From: an uncultured Ectothiorhodospiraceae bacterium
GTDB taxonomy: Bacteria; Pseudomonadota; Gammaproteobacteria; J044
NCBI GenBank assembly: GCA_964641615.1
Contig: CAZXNH010000007.1
Location: 41,705-105,704, forward strand
DNA length: 64,000 nucleotides
Direction: 5' to 3'
The notes beneath the pieces are model-generated. The model was not told where the DNA came from. It made no database searches and saw only the letters and a program-made list of their open reading frames with translations. Of the stretch, positions 1-10,872 are shown in pieces. The position numbers and the translations under genes were made by a program. Within the stretch, counting starts at the first letter, position 1. Every line of letters starts with the position of its first letter.

Positions 1-780
1 CGTCTGGATGCCGAGCTTCTGCTGGCCCATGTCATGGATAAAGACCGCGGTTACTTTTACACGTGGCCGGACCAGGAACTGCCTCCTCAACTTCAGCTGG
101 CCTTTGAGGAGCTGCTTCAGCAACGGCTCAGCGGAAAGCCTATTGCGTACATACTGGGCACACGTGAATTCTGGTCCATGGATCTTTCTGTTACACCCGA
201 TGTGCTCATCCCCAGGGCAGATACCGAAATACTGGTCGAACAGGCACTGGAAAAAACACCCGCTGATAAAGCAGTCCGCATCCTGGACCTGGGCACTGGT
301 AGTGGCGCAATCGCACTGGCAATAGCCCGTGAACGCCCGCATGCTGATGTCTACGCGATTGACCGGTCAGAGGCCGCGCTGGATGTTGCAAAACATAACG
401 CTGAAAAACACGGCCTAAAAAATGTCCGTTTCGTAAATAGCAACTGGTATGAGGCACTTCCTGAACAGGCTAATTTTGATCTTATTGTCTCCAATCCACC
501 CTATATCCGGCATGATGACCCACACCTGGAACAGGGCGACCTTCCTCATGAACCGCGCTCCGCCCTGGCATCAGGCAAGGAAGGGCTGGATGACATAGAG
601 AAGATTCTCAACGGACTCAGACAATATCTAAAACCTGGTGGCTGGCTCATAGTAGAACATGGCTACGACCAGGGAGCAGCTGTACAACAACGATTCACGG
701 AATCTGGTCTCGAACAGGTCTGCTGTCATCAGGATTTGCAGGGGCTGGATCGCATCTGCATCGGAAGACTTCCCGTTTAA
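1..780 (+). CDS. prmC: Release-factor glutamine N5-methyltransferase PrmC/HemK, 3' portion. The N-terminus lies upstream of the window.
   Basis: The frame is open from base 1. It has a SAM-methyltransferase fold with the GTGSG motif and the NPPY catalytic motif. Position before moeB matches Pseudomonas hemK-moeB synteny. Confidence 0.85.
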   Translation, partial: RLDAELLLAHVMDKDRGYFYTWPDQELPPQLQLAFEELLQQRLSGKPIAYILGTREFWSMDLSVTPDVLIPRADTEILVEQALEKTPADKAVRILDLGTGSGAIALAIARERPHADVYAIDRSEAALDVAKHNAEKHGLKNVRFVNSNWYEALPEQANFDLIVSNPPYIRHDDPHLEQGDLPHEPRSALASGKEGLDDIEKILNGLRQYLKPGGWLIVEHGYDQGAAVQQRFTESGLEQVCCHQDLQGLDRICIGRLPV

Positions 781-826
781 TCCGGAATATCTTGCAAGAT
801 CCACAAATCTGGCTAGGATTGACCCT

Positions 827-1240
827 ATGCCAGATGCAGATAATTTCATTAAGCAAAGAGAGATTGGTTTCAGGGGCCCCCATCCTGATTCTGACCAGGG
901 CGGCAGCGCCGAGCTCATGCTGAATGATGCCCATGGCGTACTCGAGGCAAAGAAGGTCAGCAACCGCGCCGTCATGGTCCGGTATGACCTGCGCCTGGTC
1001 CATTTCGCCGCCATCGAAAAGGCCCTTCAGGAAACCGGCTTCCATCTCGATAACAACCTGATGTACAAACTTCGCCGGGCCATGATCACCTACTCAGAAG
1101 ACATACAGCTTGAAGACCTGGGCATCAGTGGAATTAGCTGTTCTCAGAATTGTGCCCAGCAGGTATTTATCGAGCACTACAGAAAGCGACAGCATGGTTG
1201 TCGTGATCAACGCCCTCAGCATTGGCGGGAATACCGCTAA
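827..1240 (+). CDS. Hypothetical 137-aa protein that may have a ferredoxin/HMA-like fold without the cysteine motif
   Basis: ATG at 827 is in frame with the listed 659..1240 ORF but lies downstream of the prmC stop. Third-position GC bias is consistent with coding. I recognise no motif with confidence. Confidence 0.35.
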   Translation: MPDADNFIKQREIGFRGPHPDSDQGGSAELMLNDAHGVLEAKKVSNRAVMVRYDLRLVHFAAIEKALQETGFHLDNNLMYKLRRAMITYSEDIQLEDLGISGISCSQNCAQQVFIEHYRKRQHGCRDQRPQHWREYR

Positions 1241-1397
1241 ACAACGTCAAAATACTGGCAGGCCCGCGGCGATGATTATTTGACGCCAGGGCGCTCACCA
1301 TAGGCGACAATTTTCCGTCGCTTGATAAATACTTCACACCACAAACTTTCTATCTATCTGTTTTTATTAGACTTGTACGCTTTTTCCTAGAATTGGC

Positions 1398-2357
1398 ATG
1401 AATCTCGCTTTTACCGGGGCAACAACCTCGGGAATGCGAAACATGATTCAACAAATCGCCAGCCAGACAACTAAAACAACGCGCAAGACGAACCTGATGG
1501 GCGTACGCCCGGACCCAGCCGTCCAACCCGCGATAAATCCAGCGGTTAAAGGCATTGAGCTGCTGCAAAAACTGCAGACTAGTCTCGACATCGAACAGAT
1601 TATCGATCTTTTCTCCAGCAATATCCTCGACATGATTCCACATGAGGGCTACCTGTTTGAGCTGGAAGAACTGGCAATCTCTTTCCTCCAGGGCAGACAG
1701 TCACGGCACAAAATTTCCTATAACCTCACCATCAATGAAGAGGTTCTGGGCACCCTGACTCTGTTCCGTAACTGGAAATTCAAGGAAAACGAGATCAAGC
1801 AGCTGGAAAGTGTGCTGCCACATCTTCTGCACCCACTACGTAACGGCCTCCAGTATTTTCAGGCAGTTCAGTTTGCCTATAAAGACCGCCTTACTGGCCT
1901 GCACAACCGTGCAGCACTGGACATGGAAGCCCCACATAGCATCGAGCTGGCCCATCGCAATGGCATGGAACTCAGCATGATGATGATCGACATTGACCAC
2001 TTTAAAAACATTAACGACACCTATGGCCACCTGTGCGGTGACAAAATCCTGCAGAAGGTTGGCCAGATTGTGAGCGATACCATTCGCGGTAGCGATCTTG
2101 CCTTCCGTTATGGCGGGGAAGAAATTGCCGTGCTGCTGCCCAGTGCAGACCGTGAAGGTTCGCGTCGACTGGCTGAGCGCCTGCGTGAAAACATCAAGGA
2201 AATGGGTTATTGCGATCAAAGTGGCCTGACCGTAACCGTTAGCATTGGCATCTCTACCCTGATTGCAGATGATGTCACTGAAACCCTGTTCACCCGCGCT
2301 GACCAGGCCCTTTACGAAGCCAAGCGCAATGGACGTGATCAGGTCTGCATGGGTTAA
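1398..2357 (+). CDS. Diguanylate cyclase with a C-terminal GGDEF domain and an N-terminal sensor domain (about 150 aa) of unknown type
   Basis: GGDEF-domain consensus is present: DHFKxINDTYGHxxGD. The active-site variant is GGEEI, preceded by an RxxD I-site (RGSD). The start is uncertain. ATGs at 1398, 1435 and 1441 are candidates, and 1441 has a GGGAA Shine-Dalgarno 8 nt upstream. Confidence 0.8.
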   Translation: MNLAFTGATTSGMRNMIQQIASQTTKTTRKTNLMGVRPDPAVQPAINPAVKGIELLQKLQTSLDIEQIIDLFSSNILDMIPHEGYLFELEELAISFLQGRQSRHKISYNLTINEEVLGTLTLFRNWKFKENEIKQLESVLPHLLHPLRNGLQYFQAVQFAYKDRLTGLHNRAALDMEAPHSIELAHRNGMELSMMMIDIDHFKNINDTYGHLCGDKILQKVGQIVSDTIRGSDLAFRYGGEEIAVLLPSADREGSRRLAERLRENIKEMGYCDQSGLTVTVSIGISTLIADDVTETLFTRADQALYEAKRNGRDQVCMG

Positions 2358-2409
2358 GCAAGACGCGATCTACTAGCCTTGCCTGTCTGCTCAGGCTACC
2401 ATCGCCCGC

Positions 2410-3174
2410 ATGTCTATGGACGATGAACAACTCCTACGCTACAGCCGGCAGATTATGCTGCCGCAGATCGATATCAAGGGCCAGGAAAAACTCCTTTCCA
2501 GTCATGCCCTGATTATTGGTCTTGGCGGACTCGGCTCGCCCGTGGCCCTGTACCTGGCTGCTGCCGGTGTTGGCCGCCTTACCCTGGTTGATCACGACCA
2601 GGTTGACCTATCTAACCTGCAGCGCCAGGTGATTCACACAAGCGCAGACATCGGGCGAGACAAGGTCGAATCTGCCCGCGATCAAATTCTGGCTATTAAC
2701 CCCGATTGCCAGGTGAACTGCATCCCTGCACAACTCAGTGGTGAGGCCCTGCTGGAGCAGGTGCACAGCGCTGACATCGCAATTGAATGCAGCGACAACT
2801 TTTCCAGCCGCTTTGCCCTGAACGAGGCCTGTGTCAAAACGGGCACCCCCCTGGTCTCCGGTGCCGTAATTCGCATGGAGGGCCAACTTGGCGTTTTCGA
2901 TACCCGGGATCCATCGGCGCCCTGTTATGCCTGTCTTTATCGTGAAGAAGGTGAAGATGAAAATCGCTGCAGTGAGACCGGCGTTCTCGCACCCGTGGCA
3001 GGACTCATTGGCAGCCTGCAGGCTACAGAGACCCTGAAGTTATTGCTGGACATACCAGTTGATACAGGAAGGTTATTACTGATCGATGCTGAGCGTATGC
3101 AGTTTCGCTCCATGAAACTGAAGAAAGACCCTGACTGTCCTGTCTGCGGACAGTATTTAATGCAGGGTCTGTGA
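2410..3174 (+). CDS. moeB: Molybdopterin-synthase adenylyltransferase MoeB (ThiF/MoeB E1-like)
   Basis: Begins with the MoeB-type N-terminus LSDDELLRYSRQIxL. It has the glycine-rich nucleotide loop GLGGLGS and C-terminal CxxC pairs (CYAC, CPVCG). Synteny follows prmC. Confidence 0.85.
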   Translation: MSMDDEQLLRYSRQIMLPQIDIKGQEKLLSSHALIIGLGGLGSPVALYLAAAGVGRLTLVDHDQVDLSNLQRQVIHTSADIGRDKVESARDQILAINPDCQVNCIPAQLSGEALLEQVHSADIAIECSDNFSSRFALNEACVKTGTPLVSGAVIRMEGQLGVFDTRDPSAPCYACLYREEGEDENRCSETGVLAPVAGLIGSLQATETLKLLLDIPVDTGRLLLIDAERMQFRSMKLKKDPDCPVCGQYLMQGL

Positions 3175-4035
3175 TTCCCCGGCCTTACTGACCTCGGTAA
3201 ACAGGCCCTCTACATCAACGCTATCGTAGTAATACCTTGCATTGCAGAATTCGCAGGTCACATTGATGGCACCCTCTTCAGCGATAATGCTCTGCGCCTC
3301 TTCAGCGCCCAGGTTACGAATCATGTTTTCGACCCGTTCTGCCGAACAGCTACAACGGAAACTCATTGGCTCTCGCTCAAACAGGCGCACATCTTCTTCG
3401 TGGTAGAGGCGATGGATCAGTTCGGTGGCAGGCAACTTTAACAGCTCCTGGTCAGTAACTGTTTCGGCCAGGGCAATAGCACGATCCCAGGCATCCGGAT
3501 CAGGCTCTTCTCCGGGCAGGGCCTGCAGCAGAATGCCCGCAGCCTGTTCTTCATCTGCACATAGCCAAAGGCGGGTCCGCAACTGTTCGGATCGAGTGAA
3601 GTATTCGCGCAGGGCATCGGCCAGGCTATTGCCTTCCAGTTCGACGATACCCTGGTAGCGCTCCTTGCCTACTCCTGGATCGATAGTGATGACCATGCGC
3701 GCATGACCAAACTGCGTACCCAGGTCAGATTCAGGCACCTCTCCTTCCCAGTGTGCCAGTCCACGCACATGACGGTTACCGTCAGCCTGAACAACGAGCA
3801 TTGAGACCGGGCCATTACCGGTGACCTGCATGATCAGGGAACCATCAAATTTGATGGTGGTAGAAAGCAGTGCAACCGCTGCCAGGGCCTCGCCCAACAG
3901 ACGGCGAACCGGCTCAGGATAGTCACCACGCTCAATTAGCGCCTGCCAGGTAGAGTCCAGGTGTACCCACTCGCCACGAACATTGGTACGTTCGATAATA
4001 AAACGATGCAGGCTGTCTCGTTCGATTTCGGCCAT
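3157..4035 (-). CDS. hslO: Redox-regulated chaperone Hsp33
   Basis: The C-terminal zinc centre CSCS....CEFCNARY is present, with a conserved N-terminal domain. Length is 292 aa. Confidence 0.9.
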   Translation of the reverse strand: MAEIERDSLHRFIIERTNVRGEWVHLDSTWQALIERGDYPEPVRRLLGEALAAVALLSTTIKFDGSLIMQVTGNGPVSMLVVQADGNRHVRGLAHWEGEVPESDLGTQFGHARMVITIDPGVGKERYQGIVELEGNSLADALREYFTRSEQLRTRLWLCADEEQAAGILLQALPGEEPDPDAWDRAIALAETVTDQELLKLPATELIHRLYHEEDVRLFEREPMSFRCSCSAERVENMIRNLGAEEAQSIIAEEGAINVTCEFCNARYYYDSVDVEGLFTEVSKAGESQTLH

Positions 4036-5486
4036 CAGTCACCCAACTTCTGTTTCAGCAACTGGTTCACCATACCCGGGTTCGCCTTGCCCTTGGACGC
4101 CTTCATAATCTGCCCGACGAAGAAGCCAATCATCTTGCCACGCTTTGCCTCTTCAGCATTGCGGTAGTTCTCAACCTGCTGCGGATTGTTCGCAATGACT
4201 TCATCAACCAGGGCCTCGATAGCCCCCGTATCAGTAACCTGTTTCAGACCCCGCTTCTCGATGACCTCATCGGCACTACCCTCTCCCTGCCACATGGCCT
4301 CAAAGACTTCCTTGGCAATCTTGCCTGAGATGGTGTTGTCGAGGATGCGCATCAGCATCTCGCCCAGCTTCTCAGCAGACACAGGAGACTGTGTGATATC
4401 AATACCATCACGATTCAGGGCACCGGAAACCTCGCCGATCATCCAGTTGGCCACCAGCTTGGGATCCTTATTATCAATCGCACCCAGTGTAGTTTCGAAG
4501 TATTCGGCCATGGCACGACTTGCGGTAATAGCCTCGGCATCGTAGGACTTCAGACCATACTCATCGATAAAGCGCTGCTTCTTGGCATCGGGCAACTCCG
4601 GTAACGTGGCACGCACCTGCTCCAGAAACTCTGCAGTCATCTCCACCGGCAGGAGGTCGGGGTCAGGGAAGTAGCGATAATCATTAGCCTCTTCCTTAGA
4701 ACGCATGGAACGGGTTTCGTCCTTGTCTGCATCGTAGAGACGCGTTTCCTGCACCACTTCACCACCCGATTCCAGCAACTCGATCTGGCGCTCGATTTCA
4801 TGATCGATAGCCTTCTCTACAAAACGGAAGGAGTTGATGTTCTTGATCTCCGCACGGGTACCGAATGCATCTTCACCCTTCAGGCGTACCGAGACGTTGG
4901 CGTCACAACGGAAAGAACCTTCCTGCATATTGCCATCACACACGCCCAGGTAGGTCACCAGGGAGTGAATCTTCTTCATGTAGGCCACAGCCTCTTTTGC
5001 CGAACGCAGGTCTGGCTCTGAAACGATTTCCAGCAGGGGTGTGCCTGCACGGTTCAGGTCGATACCGGTCATGCCATGGAAGTCTTCATGCAGGGACTTA
5101 CCGGCATCTTCCTCGAGATGAGCGCGGGTGACCCCTATGCGCTTCTGGGTACCATCTTCAAGCTCAATATCCAGATGCCCCAGGCCAACAATCGGCAGTT
5201 CATACTGGGAAATCTGGTAACCCTTGGGCAGGTCAGGATAGAAATAATTCTTGCGGGCAAAAACGGAGCGCTCCCCCATCTCCGCCTCAATGGCCAGGCC
5301 AAACATGGCCGCCATGCGCACGGCCTCCCTGTTGAGGACCGGCAGTACGCCGGGCATACCCAGATCAATCAGGCTGGCCTGGGTGTTCGGCTCGGCGCCG
5401 TATTGTGTAGATGAACCCGAAAAGATCTTGCTCTTAGTCGCGAGCTGGGCATGAATCTCCAGCCCGATTACTGCTTCCCATTCCAT
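4035..5486 (-). CDS. gatB: Asp/Glu-tRNA amidotransferase subunit B
   Basis: N-terminus reads [15 protein letters not shown], typical of GatB. Length is 483 aa. It lies directly downstream of gatA. Confidence 0.95.
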   Translation of the reverse strand: MEWEAVIGLEIHAQLATKSKIFSGSSTQYGAEPNTQASLIDLGMPGVLPVLNREAVRMAAMFGLAIEAEMGERSVFARKNYFYPDLPKGYQISQYELPIVGLGHLDIELEDGTQKRIGVTRAHLEEDAGKSLHEDFHGMTGIDLNRAGTPLLEIVSEPDLRSAKEAVAYMKKIHSLVTYLGVCDGNMQEGSFRCDANVSVRLKGEDAFGTRAEIKNINSFRFVEKAIDHEIERQIELLESGGEVVQETRLYDADKDETRSMRSKEEANDYRYFPDPDLLPVEMTAEFLEQVRATLPELPDAKKQRFIDEYGLKSYDAEAITASRAMAEYFETTLGAIDNKDPKLVANWMIGEVSGALNRDGIDITQSPVSAEKLGEMLMRILDNTISGKIAKEVFEAMWQGEGSADEVIEKRGLKQVTDTGAIEALVDEVIANNPQQVENYRNAEEAKRGKMIGFFVGQIMKASKGKANPGMVNQLLKQKLGD

Positions 5487-5489
5487 GTC

Positions 5490-6947
5490 TTAACCCTCAA
5501 AACCTTCTGGTACACGGAGATGCCAGTCGGTCTCCTGTTGATACTTGTGCGCCACATTCAGCAGGCGCGACTCATCGAAGTAGTTGCCGATGAGCTGCAA
5601 GCCTACGGGCAGGCCATTGGCAAAGCCGGCAGGTACCGACATGCCGGGCAGACCAGCCAGGTTGACCGCAATGGTGTAGATGTCAGACAGGTACATGGTC
5701 ACCGGATCATCGGCCTTCTCGCCCAGGCTGAAGGCCGTGCTCGGGGCAGTTGGACCCATGATGACATCAACCTGTTCAAAGGCCTTCCTGAAGTCATCAC
5801 TGATCAGGTGGCGTACCTTTTGCGCCTTCAGGTAATAGGCATCGTAGTAACCTGCGGAAAGGGCATAGGTACCAATCATGATGCGGCGTTTAACCTCTTC
5901 ACCAAAGCCCTCTCCTCGAGAACGCATATAGAGATCCTGCAGGTCTTTAGGATCCTGGCAACGATAGCCATAACGCACGCCATCAAAACGTGACAGGTTA
6001 GACGAACACTCGGCAGGTGCTACGACGTAATAGGTCGGTACCGCCAGATGTGTGTTGGGCAGACTGATCTCAACCACCTCGGCACCCATCTTGCGATAGG
6101 TACTAATGGCCTCATCAATGACCTTGCCTACATCGGCATCCAGCCCTTCACCAAAGTATTCCTTTGGCAGACCAATCTTCAGACCGGACAGATCATCGTT
6201 CAGATTCGCAGTGTAATCGGGCACGGACTGATCGATAGAAGTGGAGTCGCGCTCATCAAAACCCGCCATGGCGCCCAGCAGGTGGGCACAGTCTTCAGCG
6301 CTCTGGGACATCGGGCCTGCCTGATCCAGGCTTGAGGCAAAGGCAATCATGCCCCAGCGCGAAACACGGCCATAAGTTGGCTTGAGGCCGGTAATACCGC
6401 ACAGGGCGGCAGGCTGGCGAATCGAACCACCTGTATCGGTACCAGTTGAGGCTGCTGCCAGCCTGGCACTGACTACGGCGGCAGAACCACCCGATGAACC
6501 ACCCGGTACACGGCTGGTATCCCAGGGATTTTTCACAGGGCCGTAGAAACTGGTCTCGTTGGAAGAGCCCATGGCGAACTCATCCATATTGGTCTTGCCC
6601 AGTACCACAAGGCCGGCCTGTTTGAACTTCTCGACCACGGTGGCGTTATACGGCGCAATAAAGTTATCCAGCATCTTCGAACCACAGCTGGTACGTACAC
6701 CATCGGTACAGAAGATGTCCTTGTGCGCGATGGGGATGCCGGTCAACGGACCCGCAGTGCCTGCACTAATCTGTTCATCGGCAAGACGTGCCTGCTCGAG
6801 GGCCTGCTCTTTCGTGACAGTGACAAAGCTATTCAGCTCACCATCATATTTTTCGATGCGGCCCAGAAAGTGTTTAGTCAGCTCAACGCTGCTGACATTG
6901 CCTGCCTGCAGTTCAGCTGAAAGTTGGGAAAGCGTTTTGTTATGCAT
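5490..6947 (-). CDS. gatA: Asp/Glu-tRNA amidotransferase subunit A (amidase family)
   Basis: Amidase signature [11 protein letters not shown] is present. Length is 485 aa. Order is gatC-gatA-gatB. Confidence 0.95.
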   Translation of the reverse strand: MHNKTLSQLSAELQAGNVSSVELTKHFLGRIEKYDGELNSFVTVTKEQALEQARLADEQISAGTAGPLTGIPIAHKDIFCTDGVRTSCGSKMLDNFIAPYNATVVEKFKQAGLVVLGKTNMDEFAMGSSNETSFYGPVKNPWDTSRVPGGSSGGSAAVVSARLAAASTGTDTGGSIRQPAALCGITGLKPTYGRVSRWGMIAFASSLDQAGPMSQSAEDCAHLLGAMAGFDERDSTSIDQSVPDYTANLNDDLSGLKIGLPKEYFGEGLDADVGKVIDEAISTYRKMGAEVVEISLPNTHLAVPTYYVVAPAECSSNLSRFDGVRYGYRCQDPKDLQDLYMRSRGEGFGEEVKRRIMIGTYALSAGYYDAYYLKAQKVRHLISDDFRKAFEQVDVIMGPTAPSTAFSLGEKADDPVTMYLSDIYTIAVNLAGLPGMSVPAGFANGLPVGLQLIGNYFDESRLLNVAHKYQQETDWHLRVPEGFEG

Positions 6948-6983
6948 GCTTGCTATTTACCTGGAATCCAGAGGTGGGAAAGA

Positions 6984-7271
6984 TCATTCAATGACCTTGG
7001 GCACGAGAAACAGTCCGTTTTCAGACTGGGGAGCCAGCGCCTGGTATTTTTCACGCTGATCTGTTTCGGTAACCTCATCAGCACGCAGGCGCTGCACGGC
7101 ATGTACCGGGTGGGCCATGGGCTCCACATTATCGGTCTGAGCCCCACTTAGCTGTTCGACAAAGCTGAGGATATCCGACAGATTCCGGTCATATTCCGGA
7201 ATATCGTTCTCGCTGATTTCGAGGCGAGCGAGGTGGGCGATTTTCTTGACCTCGTCAGGTCCGAGCGACAT
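6984..7271 (-). CDS. gatC: Asp/Glu-tRNA amidotransferase subunit C
   Basis: Taking the ATG at 7271 gives a 95-aa protein beginning MSLGPDEVKKIAHLARLEI. The listed ORF extends 20 codons further upstream. Confidence 0.9.
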   Translation of the reverse strand: MSLGPDEVKKIAHLARLEISENDIPEYDRNLSDILSFVEQLSGAQTDNVEPMAHPVHAVQRLRADEVTETDQREKYQALAPQSENGLFLVPKVIE

Positions 7272-7300
7272 CGCAATTCTCCAAAATGAAATTAAAGTAG

Positions 7301-8458
<1,158 letters not shown>

Positions 8459-8531
8459 TCCTGTCTGAACGGGGAGCAACGGCATCAAACAGCCACTGTT
8501 TCTCTACGGTACGCCGCTCACCATCAAACTG

Positions 8532-9404
8532 ATGGTGCTGGTCGCTATTTCCGTACTGTTCATGACACTGGACCACCGTTTTAACCAGCTACAGACCCTG
8601 CGTAGCGGTATCAGCCTGCTGATCTCTCCACTGCAATACGTCGTCGATTTACCTATACGCCTGGCCAGTGATGCCACAGAGTCGCTCTCCAGCCGGGAAC
8701 ATCTGCTCAGTGAGAATGAGCGCCTCCATCAGGAGAACCTGCACCTCAAGGCATTGCTGCAAAAGTTTGATGCCTTAAAGAACGAAAACAGCCGTCTACG
8801 CGACCTGATGCAGGCCTCGAAGCTGGTCGAAGATCACTTCCAGATCGCCCAGATCATGTCCATCGACCTTGATCCCTACAAGCAACTGGTAGTGATCAAT
8901 AAGGGGAGCCAGGACGATGTCAGCGTCGGCCAGCCCATTCTCGATGCCCAGGGCGTCATGGGACAGATCATCGAGGTCTCGGCGATTCGCTCTGTGGCCA
9001 TGCTGATTTCTGATCCCAGTCACGCGCTGCCCGTGCAGGTTAATCGCAATGGCCTGAGAACACTTGCCGTTGGCACCGGGAATCCCGCCCTGCTGGAATT
9101 ACGCTTTATTCCTACCAGCGCCGACATTATTGAAGGCGACATAGTCAGCACCTCGGGCCTGGGTGGCCGCTTTCCAACCGATTACCCGGTTGCAAGGGTG
9201 ACGAAGATTGATCGCATACCCGGCGAGCCCTTTGCCAATATAGAAGCGGAACCTCTTGCCTACCTGGACCGCAGTCGCGAGGTACTACTGGTCGTTACAG
9301 AAGAACCGGAAGTCATTACTGAAGAAGCTGCTGTAGAAGAAGACGCTGAGCCCGCTTCTGACGATACGACTGAAAAACAGACCGAGGAGGCCACCAGTGA
9401 GTAA
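8532..9404 (+). CDS. mreC: Rod-shape protein MreC
   Basis: A coiled-coil region and the C-terminal beta domain are conserved. The tail is acidic (EE..TEEATSE). The true start may lie upstream of the first ATG (see the mreC finding). Confidence 0.85.
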   Translation: MVLVAISVLFMTLDHRFNQLQTLRSGISLLISPLQYVVDLPIRLASDATESLSSREHLLSENERLHQENLHLKALLQKFDALKNENSRLRDLMQASKLVEDHFQIAQIMSIDLDPYKQLVVINKGSQDDVSVGQPILDAQGVMGQIIEVSAIRSVAMLISDPSHALPVQVNRNGLRTLAVGTGNPALLELRFIPTSADIIEGDIVSTSGLGGRFPTDYPVARVTKIDRIPGEPFANIEAEPLAYLDRSREVLLVVTEEPEVITEEAAVEEDAEPASDDTTEKQTEEATSE

Positions 9405-9888
9405 TACAGATCTTCGCTGCCGGCCCATGGTTATCCCCCTCAGTTTCCTGGTGGCCTTCCTGCTGACGCTGATGCCCCTGCCTGACTGGGCCATACATTT
9501 TCGCCCAGCCTGGATTGCCCTGGTATTGATTTACTGGGTCATGGCCCTGCCTCAGCGTGTTGGGCTCTTCACCGCCTGGACCCTGGGACTGCTACTCGAT
9601 GTTTCCCAGGGCGCCCTGCTTGGCCAGCACGCCCTCGGCCTTACGGTCCTGGCCTTTATCGTCATTAAATTCTACCAGCGCATCCGTGTCTTCCCGCTTT
9701 GGCAACAGGCTGTAAGCGTGGGCATTATCCTGACGATTTACATGACCCTGGTGTACTGGATTTATGGTATTTCCGGCCAGCCACCAGGCTCCTGGCTTTA
9801 CTGGCTACCCGTACTTAGCAGCAGCCTCCTCTGGCCATGGATTTTTGTCCTGCTCAGGGATCTGCGCCGCCGCTGCAAGCTCAGCTAA
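9397..9888 (+). CDS. mreD: Rod-shape protein MreD
   Basis: Multi-pass membrane protein. A GTG start at 9397 gives an N-terminus (MSNTDLRCRPMVI..LSFL) that aligns with the start of E. coli MreD. It overlaps the mreC stop. Confidence 0.85.
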   Translation: MSNTDLRCRPMVIPLSFLVAFLLTLMPLPDWAIHFRPAWIALVLIYWVMALPQRVGLFTAWTLGLLLDVSQGALLGQHALGLTVLAFIVIKFYQRIRVFPLWQQAVSVGIILTIYMTLVYWIYGISGQPPGSWLYWLPVLSSSLLWPWIFVLLRDLRRRCKLS

Positions 9889-9906
9889 CTCCCGCTTAAT
9901 GACAGG

Positions 9907-9934
9907 CAAAAAAAATCCCCGGCAATGCCGGGGA
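9907..9934 (-). terminator. Rho-independent terminator that may act in both directions
   Basis: The stem ccccggc/gccgggg (9917-9933) is preceded on the plus strand by A9, which gives a U9 tract for minus-strand transcripts. On the plus strand it follows the mreD stop. Confidence 0.6.
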
Positions 9935-9968
9935 TAAATATGTCTAACCACAACTAGGGAGGAAAATC

Positions 9969-10058
9969 ATGAAGTTGAAATCTGGAGAAAATCTTCAGCA
10001 CATCTTCAACATGATGTTCACGACTCTTATGACGCGGCACCGCCAGGAAAGTTCATAA
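9969..10058 (+). CDS. Candidate small ORF of 29 aa (MKLKSGENLQHIFNMMFTTLMTRHRQESS)
   Basis: A perfect GGGAGG Shine-Dalgarno sits 6 nt upstream of the ATG. It lies in an otherwise unassigned 220-bp gap just downstream of the terminator hairpin. Confidence 0.3.
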   Translation: MKLKSGENLQHIFNMMFTTLMTRHRQESS

Positions 10059-10156
10059 CAAACCAGAAATAATTACTTTTTTTATGGAAATATGGCCTGG
10101 CAGGCACAAAATCGTGATGCCTATCACATGAAATATCCCGCCCTTACCTCGAAGGC

Positions 10157-10627
10157 TCAGGAAATACCGTGCATCCGCAGGAAAGAAGAAACGACCAGAT
10201 AGGTGTAATCACGGATACCATCAGCCAGGCTCGCTCGCGGTCCGGCAACGTTCAGGACCTCAATATTCTGCTCCAGAACGAATTGCCGGATACGCCGCGC
10301 TGCCTGCCCAACTTCGACCTCGCTGGCATCCAGTAGCAGATAAGGCCGCTTTTGTTGTATGCATTCCAGCAGTGTGTATTCTGTCCCCCCACTGGGACCT
10401 TCCTGGTAGATAAGCACCGTGCCGTCAGCATCCAACACATTGCGCAATGTGCGCTCCGCGTAGTCTTCACTGTCCAGCTCTGTTAGCGGATAACGCTCGG
10501 GAATCTGACCATCCTCGGCCAGAAAGCCTTTCGGGCAACTGCCGCCGCAGGGCACCTCAGCATCCAGTGCCGCGTCGAGCGCCCCTCTGTCTACCCCCGT
10601 CTGTCCACCAGAAATAATCCGGATCAT
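10157..10627 (-). CDS. SLOG-superfamily protein resembling YpsA or the putative molybdenum-cofactor carrier
   Basis: N-terminus is MIRIISGGQTGVDRGALDAALDA followed by a CGGSCPKG cysteine pair. A second glycine motif EGPSGGTEYTLLE is typical of the LOG/YpsA/Mo-carrier Rossmann fold. Length is 156 aa. Confidence 0.6.
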   Translation of the reverse strand: MIRIISGGQTGVDRGALDAALDAEVPCGGSCPKGFLAEDGQIPERYPLTELDSEDYAERTLRNVLDADGTVLIYQEGPSGGTEYTLLECIQQKRPYLLLDASEVEVGQAARRIRQFVLEQNIEVLNVAGPRASLADGIRDYTYLVVSSFLRMHGIS

Positions 10628-10642
10628 TACTGCAAGATTGTT

Positions 10643-10816
10643 TTAATCAAACAGGCAGCGTTTTGCATAATTGCTTGCATCACTGGCCGACCAGTCCGTC
10701 TTGTCTTTCTGGTCCATGTACCAGCACCAGACCTTGGCACCCGGACCAGAATCACAGGCTGTTAGCATGATCGTCGCAAACAGAGAAAGCAGCGTTAACC
10801 TGGCAAGTTTTTTCAT
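10643..10816 (-). CDS. Small lipoprotein of 57 aa
   Basis: Begins MKKLARLTLLSLFATIMLTAC with an LTAC lipobox. A strong GGAGGA Shine-Dalgarno sits 6 nt upstream. The short mature peptide is rich in Trp and Cys (VWCWYMDQKDKTDW...RCLFD). Confidence 0.6.
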   Translation of the reverse strand: MKKLARLTLLSLFATIMLTACDSGPGAKVWCWYMDQKDKTDWSASDASNYAKRCLFD

Positions 10817-10872
10817 TCTATCCTCCAAATACAATACTGCCGGTATGTTGGTCATAACGGCGGTGGTCTGAT

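Noticed and set aside
628-1045. Minus-strand ORFs 628..1014 and 695..1045, plus the TTG-extended plus ORF starting at 659
   Set aside because: They overlap the 3' end of prmC or the better-supported 827..1240 frame. Their sequences are low-complexity and Arg/Ser-rich.
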